Shown here: piece by piece, positions 18,822 to 29,200 of the stretch
Position numbering within the stretch: position 1 is the stretch's first letter
Layout: each line of letters opens with the position of its first letter
Virus record (IMG/VR): IMGVR_UViG_3300030101_004109
Strand: one strand, 5' to 3'
Length of the DNA: 64,000 nt
DNA from: an uncultured virus (IMG/VR IMGVR_UViG_3300030101_004109)
Lineage: Duplodnaviria > Heunggongvirae > Uroviricota > Caudoviricetes
Position numbers and translations under genes: made by a program
Notes under the pieces: model-generated
What the model was told of the DNA's origin: nothing
Seen by the model: only the letters and a program-made list of their open reading frames with translations
Databases searched by the model: none

Positions 18822-20488
18822 TGCCTTACAAGTTTCCTGATAGATACCCCAGAACAAAAGACTCCGTAGATATAGGAGAGTTGAATAAACAGTTTCTTGA
18901 CATAGCAGAAGCTTTATCGGGTAACGTAAGTGAGCATAACATAGCGGAAGACACCTATACTTTTGCTAAGACTGCGCGTTATACGCTTTTTTATGTTTCT
19001 CAAGAAACTACTATTGGTTTTGGCGCCCCTTCTGGCAGCCCTGCTAAACACGCCGCTCCTCAAGAGTTAACTAGCCAGTATCAGGCTAACACCCAGTTAT
19101 TAGGTAACTCCGGGGGCTGGGAACCTATCTATGAAATTACTATGGGCAGTAATCAGTTTTCTAGAGTGTTGCAAATTTTTAGTCATACTTGTTACAGTTG
19201 GACGGGCTACGATAGAAGCGACGGTGTGCATTTATACAGTAATACAACTGATTGGGCTAAGCAGACTAGCTCTCCTACGGCACAACCTTGGGCCACGCCT
19301 AAGTTTCAAATAGGTATTAGAGTTAACGGCACTATTTACGCTGCAACTGGGCAAAGGCACGAAACTTATCAGCCTCATATTCCTGTTAGGTCTTTTCCAG
19401 AAGTTCAGCAAGATAGTTTAAGCGCAACCTATACGTATGATTCAGGGACAGAGTTAGCTGGTTTATGGCCCGGTATGCTTAATCTTAGAAGCGAAGTTAC
19501 TGCTTGTCCGGCCCACACTACAGGTGCCGTGGAGCTTACAGATATAGTATCGGTGCCTCCTGGCACAACTAAAGTTTCTATAGTCGCTAGAAGGCTAAAG
19601 TCGTATAAGAATCCTAAGCTATCTACGGACGACGTTATAGCTTTTCTCAATCGGTCTTTGCTCATAGTGGAGTATAAAAACTCAAAAAGTCGCACAAGAG
19701 CGGTGTCTGCTGTCGGCGTGACTCCCATTAGAAAAGGTGACGCGGTAACAACATCAAAGTTAAACACTGACACACTACAAAAACTAAAAACAAAAATAGA
19801 TGCTTTAGCCAGCGGCGATATTAAAAAGGTTAACCGCTATCATATGGCTAAGCCTCTACGACAGGCAAGTAATAATGCGCTTATAGCAGTATCTAATAAT
19901 GTAGAGTACAGTGGCTCCGGCTTTATTGTACAAAACAGATTAAAAGGTGAAACAGATAATGATTTTGCTGCTGTAGGCACATTAACTGGACAAACTGCGT
20001 GGACGCCCTTAACTACGACTTCTAGCGGTCCTTATTCAGAGTTTTTAGTATCTTTGGTGGGCGCGTCATTTCCTACCTCTTCTGTTTCAGGTCTTATCCA
20101 TATTACAGGCCACATTCATGTAGAAAGTATAAAAACGACAGCATCAGGCGGCGTGTTTGTTAACACAAATTTAGAATATCATATGGCTTGTGTTGGTATA
20201 TACTATTTAAGTGGTGGCACTAGGACGCTGATAACTAGTTCTGTTGTGCCTTTATCGCGGCTAACTACGCCTGATCCTCGTGAGACTTTTCAAGATTTAG
20301 CAACCGTAACAATTAGCGGCAACATGCACGTACCTTTGATGGCTGTGTTAGACTTATCGTCAGCGCAGTTGGGCGCAGATGTTCAGGGTTTTGGTATTTG
20401 CATAGCTACAGTCAATTGGGAAGACGCAACGGCTGTAGAAGCAACGGTTGCCAATGCAAGCCTTAACGTAGAATACTACATAAAGTAG
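18821..20488 (+). CDS. Virion/tail structural protein
   Basis: Ser/Thr-rich, ELNKQFLDI N-terminal anchor-like helix. Confidence 0.55.
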   Translation: MPYKFPDRYPRTKDSVDIGELNKQFLDIAEALSGNVSEHNIAEDTYTFAKTARYTLFYVSQETTIGFGAPSGSPAKHAAPQELTSQYQANTQLLGNSGGWEPIYEITMGSNQFSRVLQIFSHTCYSWTGYDRSDGVHLYSNTTDWAKQTSSPTAQPWATPKFQIGIRVNGTIYAATGQRHETYQPHIPVRSFPEVQQDSLSATYTYDSGTELAGLWPGMLNLRSEVTACPAHTTGAVELTDIVSVPPGTTKVSIVARRLKSYKNPKLSTDDVIAFLNRSLLIVEYKNSKSRTRAVSAVGVTPIRKGDAVTTSKLNTDTLQKLKTKIDALASGDIKKVNRYHMAKPLRQASNNALIAVSNNVEYSGSGFIVQNRLKGETDNDFAAVGTLTGQTAWTPLTTTSSGPYSEFLVSLVGASFPTSSVSGLIHITGHIHVESIKTTASGGVFVNTNLEYHMACVGIYYLSGGTRTLITSSVVPLSRLTTPDPRETFQDLATVTISGNMHVPLMAVLDLSSAQLGADVQGFGICIATVNWEDATAVEATVANASLNVEYYIK

Positions 20489-20496
20489 GAGTCACC

Positions 20497-21318
20497 GTGC
20501 CTAACTTTGATCCTCAATACACATACGGTGCCAGTCCCCCGGAACTAAGCGCTTCCGGCCATGCGAATAACTTAGGGGCAACCACGCCCCAGCAGGGTTT
20601 GTACACGCTTTATAACGGTTCATTAGACTCCAATAATATTAACATAGCAAACATAAGTCACAACCTTGTTATGTTTTCTGAGAATGTTATTTTTCATAAA
20701 CATTCTTGGCGGTCACCTATTATAGTTTACGATGACACTATTGGGGGAGAAGCCGACGCCGCCGCTTCTCCTTGTGGTGTGGGGGTTAGGTTTTTTCTTC
20801 CGTGTCAGATGGATGCTGTACGCTTAGACTTTTCTGTTTTTATGTCGGCTTGTAGAGCGGCAAAGTTACGTCGTGCTAATAGTTCAGGCACTCCTGACAA
20901 ATACGCTTGGAGTTTAAATAACTCTTTACAGCTTTTTGTGCAGCCATTTTTAGACGGTTCTGCCTTAGCCGGGAAAAAGATACAATTTCCTAGAACCCTT
21001 AATGCGGGGGTTACTACGTCACTTGCTAGTGCTTCTCCTGGCCAAGTTAATCATGTAACTTCTTTGGAGCAAAGAACAGCTCAACAATATAGAAATAGTC
21101 ATGTTATTACTGGAATGGCTGCTGGGCTGCATACGTTTGAGCTTAGAGTTAGACTGGAAAGCCCCGGAGCTGTGTTTACCTTGGAAGGCGATGCTCGTGT
21201 AGGTAGCGTTTTAGGAACTTTCGGCAAAGAAGAATCTATTGGGGCTGTGGTACATCAGCGTTTGACTTTTGGTGCTGGCTGTGTTACCGTTCGGGCGATG
21301 GGCTTAAACCAGCCGTAA
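20497..21318 (+). CDS. Virion/tail structural protein
   Basis: NGSLDSNNI and AGLHTFELRV beta-sandwich pattern; AGGAG RBS. Confidence 0.55.
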   Translation: MPNFDPQYTYGASPPELSASGHANNLGATTPQQGLYTLYNGSLDSNNINIANISHNLVMFSENVIFHKHSWRSPIIVYDDTIGGEADAAASPCGVGVRFFLPCQMDAVRLDFSVFMSACRAAKLRRANSSGTPDKYAWSLNNSLQLFVQPFLDGSALAGKKIQFPRTLNAGVTTSLASASPGQVNHVTSLEQRTAQQYRNSHVITGMAAGLHTFELRVRLESPGAVFTLEGDARVGSVLGTFGKEESIGAVVHQRLTFGAGCVTVRAMGLNQP

Positions 21319-21339
21319 CTAAATTTTGTTGAGGTTACT

Positions 21340-22209
21340 ATGGCCATTGGGACTACCGCTGCCGTTGGGGCTGGAGCCGCTGGAGCCGCCGGTGCTGGAG
21401 CCGCTGGTGCCGGGACTGCCGGAACTGCTGCAGCAGGAGGTCTCTTCTCGGGTGTTAGCGGTGCGGCCCTTGCGACGGGTTTGACGACGGGTCTTATTGG
21501 TGCGGCTGTGCCCTTGGCGTTGCGTGGGATCATGGCCTTGACCCCTGCTGAACGCGAGAAACGGAAGGCGGACCGAGAAGAACGGGAAGCCGCGAAAAAA
21601 GCCGTCGAGCGGGGCGAGAAGTTTGGGTTCGGCCCAAGTAGAGCCCGCCGTAACAAACAGGTTGCAGACGAAGTTGCCGGGTTTAAAGCTACCATGGCTC
21701 CTGCAGAAGAAGAGTTAAGACGTAAAGAAGCCCAGCTTGGTTTTGCCAGAGCCGGGGCACTTGCCCCTGTTAGGCAAAAGATAACTAAAGCTTATGCTGA
21801 TTTTAGAGGTAAAGCTCGGGCCGCTGTTGAAGATCGGGCAGAACGTATTGCCGAAAGAAGAGAAGCTGCTGCGAGAAACCGTCTAGCAAGAGCTATGGGC
21901 AAGCTTGATCAGCAGGTTGCAGAAAGACGGCAGTTTGCTCTGGATACAGGATTAAATGCGGTTTCTGCCGGTATGCAAGCTAGACAGGGCAAGTTAGCAG
22001 AAGCCAAAAAATCTACGTATGATCAAAGCAATATTATGGCAAATCTAGCGGCTATTGGCGGAGAAGAGGCTGTAGCCGCGTATCAAATGGGTATGTCTAA
22101 ATATCAAGCTGAGCAAGATGCTATGAATACGTCTTATATGCAAAGAAGACGAGCCGCAAAAGCCATAGAAGAAGCAAAAAGAAACGCTGAGGACGGAACT
22201 CCATCATGA
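21340..22209 (+). CDS. Putative ejection (pilot) protein
   Basis: Gly/Ala-repeat hydrophobic N-terminus followed by a charged coiled coil. Confidence 0.55.
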   Translation: MAIGTTAAVGAGAAGAAGAGAAGAGTAGTAAAGGLFSGVSGAALATGLTTGLIGAAVPLALRGIMALTPAEREKRKADREEREAAKKAVERGEKFGFGPSRARRNKQVADEVAGFKATMAPAEEELRRKEAQLGFARAGALAPVRQKITKAYADFRGKARAAVEDRAERIAERREAAARNRLARAMGKLDQQVAERRQFALDTGLNAVSAGMQARQGKLAEAKKSTYDQSNIMANLAAIGGEEAVAAYQMGMSKYQAEQDAMNTSYMQRRRAAKAIEEAKRNAEDGTPS

Positions 22210-25031
22210 GCCAAAACTTTTACAATAATCTAGTTTTAGCTATGTTGGGGCCTCAAGCAGTTGCCGCCGATCCTTCTGTTGCTCTGTCTCCGCAGCTTTT
22301 GTATACGTACAAAGCTCTTGTTGCTAATCAGACAGACTTAGCTAAAGCCTACCGTTCGGCTGAAACAAAGCAAAAGCTAGCAGAGCTTAAAAATATTGTA
22401 AGCATCTATTCTACTGCACAAAAAGCGCAAACTGCGGCTTATGGAGAAATTGCTCAGAGCAGCCGTGTGTCTTCCCAAAATATTGCGAAACTTAAAGATG
22501 GGGCGCTTAAAACGCTTGAGCGGGCTACGTCTAAGCAAACTTCAGTAGATAAAGACAAAAGACGAAGTATTATTGAAGCGGGAGAGCGAAGAAAGGCTAC
22601 TAATAACTCTTCGCTTAAACAAAATATTTTGTACGAAGCTACCGTTACACGTTTTATCAGCACCGACCCCGTAGATCCTGATAACACTAAAGCTTTAGGT
22701 ACTATTTCTGATATTTTACAAGAAACAGTAGGCGCAGGATTAAGCGACGGCGACATCGTAGCAAAAGTAAGGGACTTTACGGAAGGTTCGTCCCTTCAAA
22801 ATGATATTGTACAAAAAATTATAGAGTATAAAACTGCTTATGATGATATAGGCTTTGTGGTCAGAAAAGCTAATTCTATGATTGGCAGTTTAAATGAGTA
22901 TGGAAAAGAATTAGAAGGGGTTAGGGCGGGCGCCGGTGGATCGCAAGATGTAATTAATGCCTCTAACACGCGGCTAGCCCAGGCTCTTACGGATTACGGA
23001 GAGACGCTGAAAGCTTCTGAACGGTCTGCTAGACAGTCAATGGAAGACACGGCAGATTTTTACAAATCTTATTTATCCGCCGCAGCGCAGTATGAGCCTG
23101 TTTTAAGGTCTTTATCGGACAGAATAATCGGGCGCGATAGTAGCGGTAGTGCTCGTGGGTCTCTTGTTTCTAACCCTAACTTTGCGGCTTGGGCTAAAGA
23201 CAACGGCTATAACAATTTAGGTTATATGTCAGGCGGCGTTTACGTTGAAGGCGCAGATGATACTAACGCTATCTACATGTTTAACTACCAGCGCATGAAC
23301 CCCGATAAGTACCGTCCCGGTATTCGCAGAGATTTGGGCGATACTGATGACCTACTGGTTATTGAGAAGGCCCCGTCTCAGAAGTATCTGAGTAGCTTAG
23401 CTACTAGTGAGGATGCTGCAGGTCGCCCAACTTACTTGTTTAAGCTAGATGACAAAGGTAATAAAAAGTTTTTAAAGAACGATGACCCTTTCTTTTTGCT
23501 TATGGCTAAAGGGGGGACTCGTATTGAAAGCACTGATAACCAAAATCTTATGGTTAACTTTAAGACGTTTGACCTATTTGACGAAGACTCTGACCTATAC
23601 AAAGCCCTTAAAGAAAGGGAAGATATAGGAGAGTTGACAGATGAAGAAAACAACGATATAACAGTCGAAGAGTTACAAGCATATCTGTCACCTTCGATAA
23701 TCCGAGCAACAAGCTATGAAGAGTTTGATAAAAGAAATAAAGACTTTTTTAATGGTATAATGGGTGATACGCAGCTTGTTAAAGCTTTAGGCGTCAACAT
23801 CGTTGACATTGACGGAACGGTCCGATCTTTCAAAAACACCGACGAACTTGAAGCTGCTATTGAAGGATATGACGCTAACAAAGACAAAGAGTATAAATTT
23901 GTAGACGCAAATGATTATGCTACCTTTTTTGGTATGGCGAATGAAATAAATGAAACGTCTGATTTGCCCACCGAAAAAAGAGTGATTGCCCGTCAACGTA
24001 TGCACGCGGCTGAAAACTTTACTAAAGATGGCGTTGTTATTATCGGAACAGATACAGATGGTGAAGTGCGCTTTGATCCTTCTGGTAAAGATGGGATGAT
24101 CGTTGTCGATTCTTACGATACCAGTGATTTAGGCCGAAAAGTTAATATCGCCGAAGACCCCGTTAAGCGGTTTGAACGGGCAAAGATTAAGCTGGGCCAA
24201 ACGGATAAAAAGGAGCTTGAGCCTGCCGTAGAGTTTACAGCAGGCGAAACTGACGAAGAACAAGAAGCCAGAGAAGAAGAAACTGTTTTAGGCTTATTCC
24301 GTCAGTCTGCGGGTACGCTTAGACGAGACGAAATGCGTGATAGCAGTTACATTACAGATATTATGGAAGGCGGTATATTTGATTTTAAAGTAGGTAGTGA
24401 CGAGCGGCCCTTACTTGTAGGCAAGTCCCGTCGTCGTCAACAAAGAGAAATGCAAGAAGAGGCGGCAAAAGAAAGGGCGAAAGGCTTAGTAGATACTTTA
24501 GATGGTGTGCCAACTTCTACGGCTGATGTGCCTGCGTTACAGCCTTATCCTGGTGGCCGCGAGCAGTTCGGTGTGTTTATGGATACCGATGTAGTGCCTG
24601 CTAACGTGCAGAGAAAACTAGCTCTTGCTTTACCTTCTGGTGATGCGGCGGGCCTTCCGAGATTTTCTCCTTTAGATCCAAATGTGCAGTCTACACAAAG
24701 AACAGGCGGCGGTTTACCTTCTGCTATAAGCGGCCCTGTAGCTACTAGGTTAAAAGTACCTACAAAGGCGTCAAGAGAATTTTTTCCTTATGATAAGTCT
24801 TTTGGATCTGAACTTACCCCTATGTCAGATACTATATATGGTATGTTCGCTCCTAAACTTAAAGGGCAAAACGTACAATTTATAGACCCAAAAACTATAC
24901 GAAGACTTCAAGAAGTTAGAAAGCGTAAAGAAAAATTAGACAAACTTACGCCTACAGCAAAAGTAGAAGAGGTTACCGTCCCTGCAGTTGGGGTGGGTTC
25001 CGACGAAGTAACCTTGCTCTCAGGAGATTGA
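22206..25031 (+). CDS. Putative internal virion protein
   Basis: 941 aa, helical, in ejection-protein position. Confidence 0.55.
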   Translation: MSQNFYNNLVLAMLGPQAVAADPSVALSPQLLYTYKALVANQTDLAKAYRSAETKQKLAELKNIVSIYSTAQKAQTAAYGEIAQSSRVSSQNIAKLKDGALKTLERATSKQTSVDKDKRRSIIEAGERRKATNNSSLKQNILYEATVTRFISTDPVDPDNTKALGTISDILQETVGAGLSDGDIVAKVRDFTEGSSLQNDIVQKIIEYKTAYDDIGFVVRKANSMIGSLNEYGKELEGVRAGAGGSQDVINASNTRLAQALTDYGETLKASERSARQSMEDTADFYKSYLSAAAQYEPVLRSLSDRIIGRDSSGSARGSLVSNPNFAAWAKDNGYNNLGYMSGGVYVEGADDTNAIYMFNYQRMNPDKYRPGIRRDLGDTDDLLVIEKAPSQKYLSSLATSEDAAGRPTYLFKLDDKGNKKFLKNDDPFFLLMAKGGTRIESTDNQNLMVNFKTFDLFDEDSDLYKALKEREDIGELTDEENNDITVEELQAYLSPSIIRATSYEEFDKRNKDFFNGIMGDTQLVKALGVNIVDIDGTVRSFKNTDELEAAIEGYDANKDKEYKFVDANDYATFFGMANEINETSDLPTEKRVIARQRMHAAENFTKDGVVIIGTDTDGEVRFDPSGKDGMIVVDSYDTSDLGRKVNIAEDPVKRFERAKIKLGQTDKKELEPAVEFTAGETDEEQEAREEETVLGLFRQSAGTLRRDEMRDSSYITDIMEGGIFDFKVGSDERPLLVGKSRRRQQREMQEEAAKERAKGLVDTLDGVPTSTADVPALQPYPGGREQFGVFMDTDVVPANVQRKLALALPSGDAAGLPRFSPLDPNVQSTQRTGGGLPSAISGPVATRLKVPTKASREFFPYDKSFGSELTPMSDTIYGMFAPKLKGQNVQFIDPKTIRRLQEVRKRKEKLDKLTPTAKVEEVTVPAVGVGSDEVTLLSGD

Positions 25032-25035
25032 TAAA

Positions 25036-26265
25036 ATGGGCATATCTGTACCTAACTACAAAAGAAAACAGGCTAAAGCGGCGGCTCCCGCAGAAGTGCC
25101 TACCCCTGTAGCGGCCCCTGCTGCCCCTGTAGCGGCCCCTGCACCTGCACCTGCACCTAAGGCCGCCCCGACTGCTCCTGCGGCTTCTGCGGCTCCCAGC
25201 GGCCCCACACAGGCTCAGAGGGACGCAGCGGCCCGACGTAGACGGGAACAGGAAGAAGCAGACCGGCGCAGAGCAGAAGAGGAGAAGGCAGCCCAGGAAG
25301 CGGCAGCCCAGGAAGCGGGTCCCCCAATGCCTGAGCTTGCCCCGTTTGGTAATGTTGATACATCGGATTTTATTCGTGGGCAGGCTTTGGCTATACAAAA
25401 TGACCCAATGGTTATTGCGCGGAAAATGGCTAGATCAGATAATGTGTATACTCACATTCCTGCTTCTTTGCTGACAGGCGTTGATCCGATTGACGTAGAA
25501 AGAGACCAATACGCATTAGACGTATACAAAAAAGCCGCCGCACGCGAAGACTTGTTAAGAGCGATTAGGCCTGATTCAGAGCTTATGGCGGCTGCTCCAG
25601 AGTTTAAAACCCCTCAAGGTGCGGCTCTTTACAGAAATGCAGCCAAGGCGCAAGCGTTAAAAACTCTGATTGAAGCTAAACGCCAGGCTCCTTCTTTTGA
25701 GGTAGAGGCAACTTTTTTTGAAACAGACTTAATGGACCCAGCGGTACCCTTCGATGACCCCGATAACCCTAAGTCCATGAAAAGGCATCTTGATGCTCAG
25801 TTAGATTTATTGACTGCGCCTAGTATTCGGCCTTATCCTGTAGAAGAAGAATTTGAAATACTTAATCCTTATGATAGATCAACTGAAGATTTGACGCTAA
25901 AGCCTCTTAGGCGCTCTATGATAGAGCAGTATAGAAAAGCAGTTCCGGCAAAACCAAAGTCTGTTATGGACTACGTTAAACAATTAGACGAGAACTACAG
26001 GATGCGGGGCGGGGTGGAAATTCCTACCCAAGAAGAAACCAGGGCTACAGCCCAACGCATGTTGGCTCTTTCAGAATCCAATAGGGCTAAACGCGACCCA
26101 AGAACAATTAAACGAGTGCCTATTCCAGACAAAGGTCTAATTTCTGATGAAGAGTTAACACTATACTTTAAAGAGCCGGGATTGGCTGATATGATTAAAA
26201 ACGCCAGAGATTTGGGCGAGACTGAACTAGTCTATACGCAAGCTACGGATACTTCAGCTAACTAG
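25036..26265 (+). CDS. Putative internal virion protein with Pro/Ala repeats
   Basis: PVAAPAAPVAAPAPAPAP low-complexity N-terminus. Confidence 0.55.
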   Translation: MGISVPNYKRKQAKAAAPAEVPTPVAAPAAPVAAPAPAPAPKAAPTAPAASAAPSGPTQAQRDAAARRRREQEEADRRRAEEEKAAQEAAAQEAGPPMPELAPFGNVDTSDFIRGQALAIQNDPMVIARKMARSDNVYTHIPASLLTGVDPIDVERDQYALDVYKKAAAREDLLRAIRPDSELMAAAPEFKTPQGAALYRNAAKAQALKTLIEAKRQAPSFEVEATFFETDLMDPAVPFDDPDNPKSMKRHLDAQLDLLTAPSIRPYPVEEEFEILNPYDRSTEDLTLKPLRRSMIEQYRKAVPAKPKSVMDYVKQLDENYRMRGGVEIPTQEETRATAQRMLALSESNRAKRDPRTIKRVPIPDKGLISDEELTLYFKEPGLADMIKNARDLGETELVYTQATDTSAN

Positions 26266-26279
26266 GGACGATAAAAGAC

Positions 26280-29200
26280 ATGGCCGAACAACTTCTTGTC
26301 GATACTTATTCGCTCACAAAAGATATTTTTGACGCAGAACAGCGTACAGATAGGGGCGAAAAAAGAGACTTTGTTCTTCCTAAGCCCATGTCTGCGGCGG
26401 AAGTGGTCACTGAGTATGCTAATAAGTATACTGACGGTAATGTTGATAAGCTTGTAGATCAGCTTAATGGACAAAACTACCGGCTTACTGAGGTGATCAA
26501 CCACGCAGTTGAAAATCCTTATGGTTATTCTGACTACGATAAGCTTGTCAAGATTAGAGAGGCTACGCCCAAAGCTGCCCCGGAGGCCCCTGTTGATTAT
26601 CTTGATATGGAAATTGAAAGCGTTGGAGAAATGGGCCTCTTTTGGGACGATGTGCCCGTTGAAGAGTATGATACGGTTACGGTTTCAAGCATAGATGATA
26701 ACTACCCAGGGCTGATTAAAGCCGCTGAAATGACTGAGGGTATCTTATCTGACAGCGCCACTCAAGAAATGTTGAAGTGGGAAGACCGCCAAGACATTGA
26801 TACTAAGTGGATTCAAGATAACACCATAGAAAACTTGAAAAAGAAAGGTAAGTTCTTGGGCCAGGAAGGCTTTGAAGACGCCTACAACAAAGAGTTTAAA
26901 AAAGTAACGAACACTCTTATGTTAAAGAATGTTCAGGGTGTGCATAACGCTACCCCCCGTATGGCACTGAGTGAGTGGGCAGATCCGAGTTCGGCTTTAG
27001 GCAGCGAAGTAATCGCAGCTATGAGCCCCCAGATGAAGTTTTTGGGCGTGGGTAAAGCCAACCAGCTTTTGTACGTGACTGAAAGTCCCTCTTATTACGG
27101 CACATATATTATTGATGTCCCCAAGATGGCTGGTATTGGCTTGCTTAAATACGGTCCGTCTGAGTTTGAACGGGGTATTGCAGAACGCTCTATGGCTACA
27201 ACGGAGTTGTATAAGGCAGGAGCCGCTACAGGTATTCCGGGGCTGCAGTATTTAGGCGGCCTTACAGGATTAGGCTTCGATATACTTATACCGGATTTAA
27301 CAGTTGTAGGCGGGGTTGCTGTTAAAGGCACCAAGATGTTGGCTAAGACAGGCTCTAAGCTTAACAAAGCTGTTAAGGGCCTGCAAGATGCTACTAAGGT
27401 AGCGCCCGAGTCTGAAATAGTCGCCAAGAGACTTATGGAGATCGGCACGACTTTAGAAAAGGCTGCCGAGACGGGTGACCGCGCTGCGATAAAAGAAGCA
27501 TCCCGGCAGTATGCGAAGCTGCGTGGGGAGTACCCAGCATTAAGAAAGCAGATTGACCGGGGTGTCGAATCTTATCAGGCCGAAAGAGTCGAACAGATTA
27601 AAGACGCCGTTAAGTCTGCCAACTTTGATCCTGATTATGTGCGCGCGTTACAAGCTCGTAAAGCTTTACAATCTGCGGGTGAGTTGAAGCTTAAACGAGT
27701 TGTCAGTACCACAGAAGACGTAGACGATGTAATCGGTGCGCTGGCTCGTAACATTGAGCTTAGAGTAGGCAAGCGCAAGGAAGAAGCGCAAGGACCAATC
27801 TTTGCTTTTGACACCGCTGATACGCCGCGCTTTGACTTTCAGTTTGACGCTTTAGATAAAGCAGAGAAAGCTTTAGTTAAAAAGGGTGAGTACCGCACCG
27901 ATACCGAAAAAGTCCGAAAGCAGTTTATTTCTATCATCGCAGCGAAAATGAATGAGTTTAAAGACGCTGCAGGGGTTAAGACCGTTGCGACGGATGGCCC
28001 TGATATTGCTAAAGTATTTAGGGCTCTTATCGGAACAAAGAATAAACGCCCTATTAACGAAATTAAAAACGACCTGCTTTTAGTCATAGAGAAAAGAGCT
28101 GGCATAGGCAATCACTCTGATGAAGCTTTGTTCAAGGCAGAAACAAATATCAGCAAACTGATTAGTAAGTATGCTGACGAAAAAGTTGATGCGTTTGAAG
28201 AGGCTGCAGGGGCGCGTAACTTACGTATCCAAAAAGCTGAAGCCGCTAAAGCCCAAAAAGAAAGAGACATTCGTGAGGCACGGCAGCTTCAGAAAGACAT
28301 TGATGCCGAGCTTAAAGTATTACGCCGCAATCAGCGTCTCAAGGTTCAGTCGGCCAAACGTATTGGCGATGATCTAACTGATGCAGAGCTTAGGCTTAGC
28401 GGCGCGCAAGAAATAGCGGGCAGATCGAAAGCGGTTAGACTTGCTGTTCAAAAGAAAAATAGACTAGAAAAAATAAAGACCCAGCTGATAAATAAAGGGC
28501 AGCTTTTAATCGAGTCTTCTCTGCTGCAGAAGATGGAAGACGCCAAGTTTATCGCAAAGTATTACAAAACTGATGCTTCCAGAAAAGCCGCAGAAAGAGC
28601 TGTTATAGAATACAATTCTATTATGGCTAAGATTGCAGATACAAAAGAAATGCTTCTACGTAATGAACGTAGAAACATAATAAGCGGTGCAACACCTTCT
28701 GCCACGCACCCACGGGCAGCTTCGTTCTTTACCGAAAATGATGTTGTTACCTCTAAAGTTTTTGAAGATTATATCGAAACTCTGTACACAGAACTAGAAC
28801 AACATCGTAAGCGTCTTAATCGGCTTAGAGGTCGGGTCAAAACCGATTCTAGCAGACAAGCTTTAGAGCGTTACCGGGCGCTTACTAGACAGTATAATCA
28901 GGCTGCAGAAACTGTTAAAGCTTATAAACAAGAGGTTAAACTGCTTAAAGCTGAGTTAGCCGCAACCAATAAGCAACTTCGCCAGATTAACAGCTTTGTC
29001 AGCAAGCTTGAAAGACAGCTTAAAAAGTCTTTGCTCAAAGAAGCGGGCCTTAAAGCCAAGAAAGTAAAAGACATTAAAGAGCCTATAGATATTGAAGGGG
29101 TTGTAAAGCGTTTTGACGAACAGCTTATTGACTCTGTTGTCGATGCTGTCGATGAGCTGTCTGACTACTTCTATGGTCGGGGCAAACTGTTTGCGGCATT

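Noticed and set aside
21360..21430. GCTGGAGCC-type repeats (and CCCCTGTAGCGGCCCCT repeats near 25100)
   Set aside because: Explained by Gly/Ala and Pro/Ala low-complexity coding
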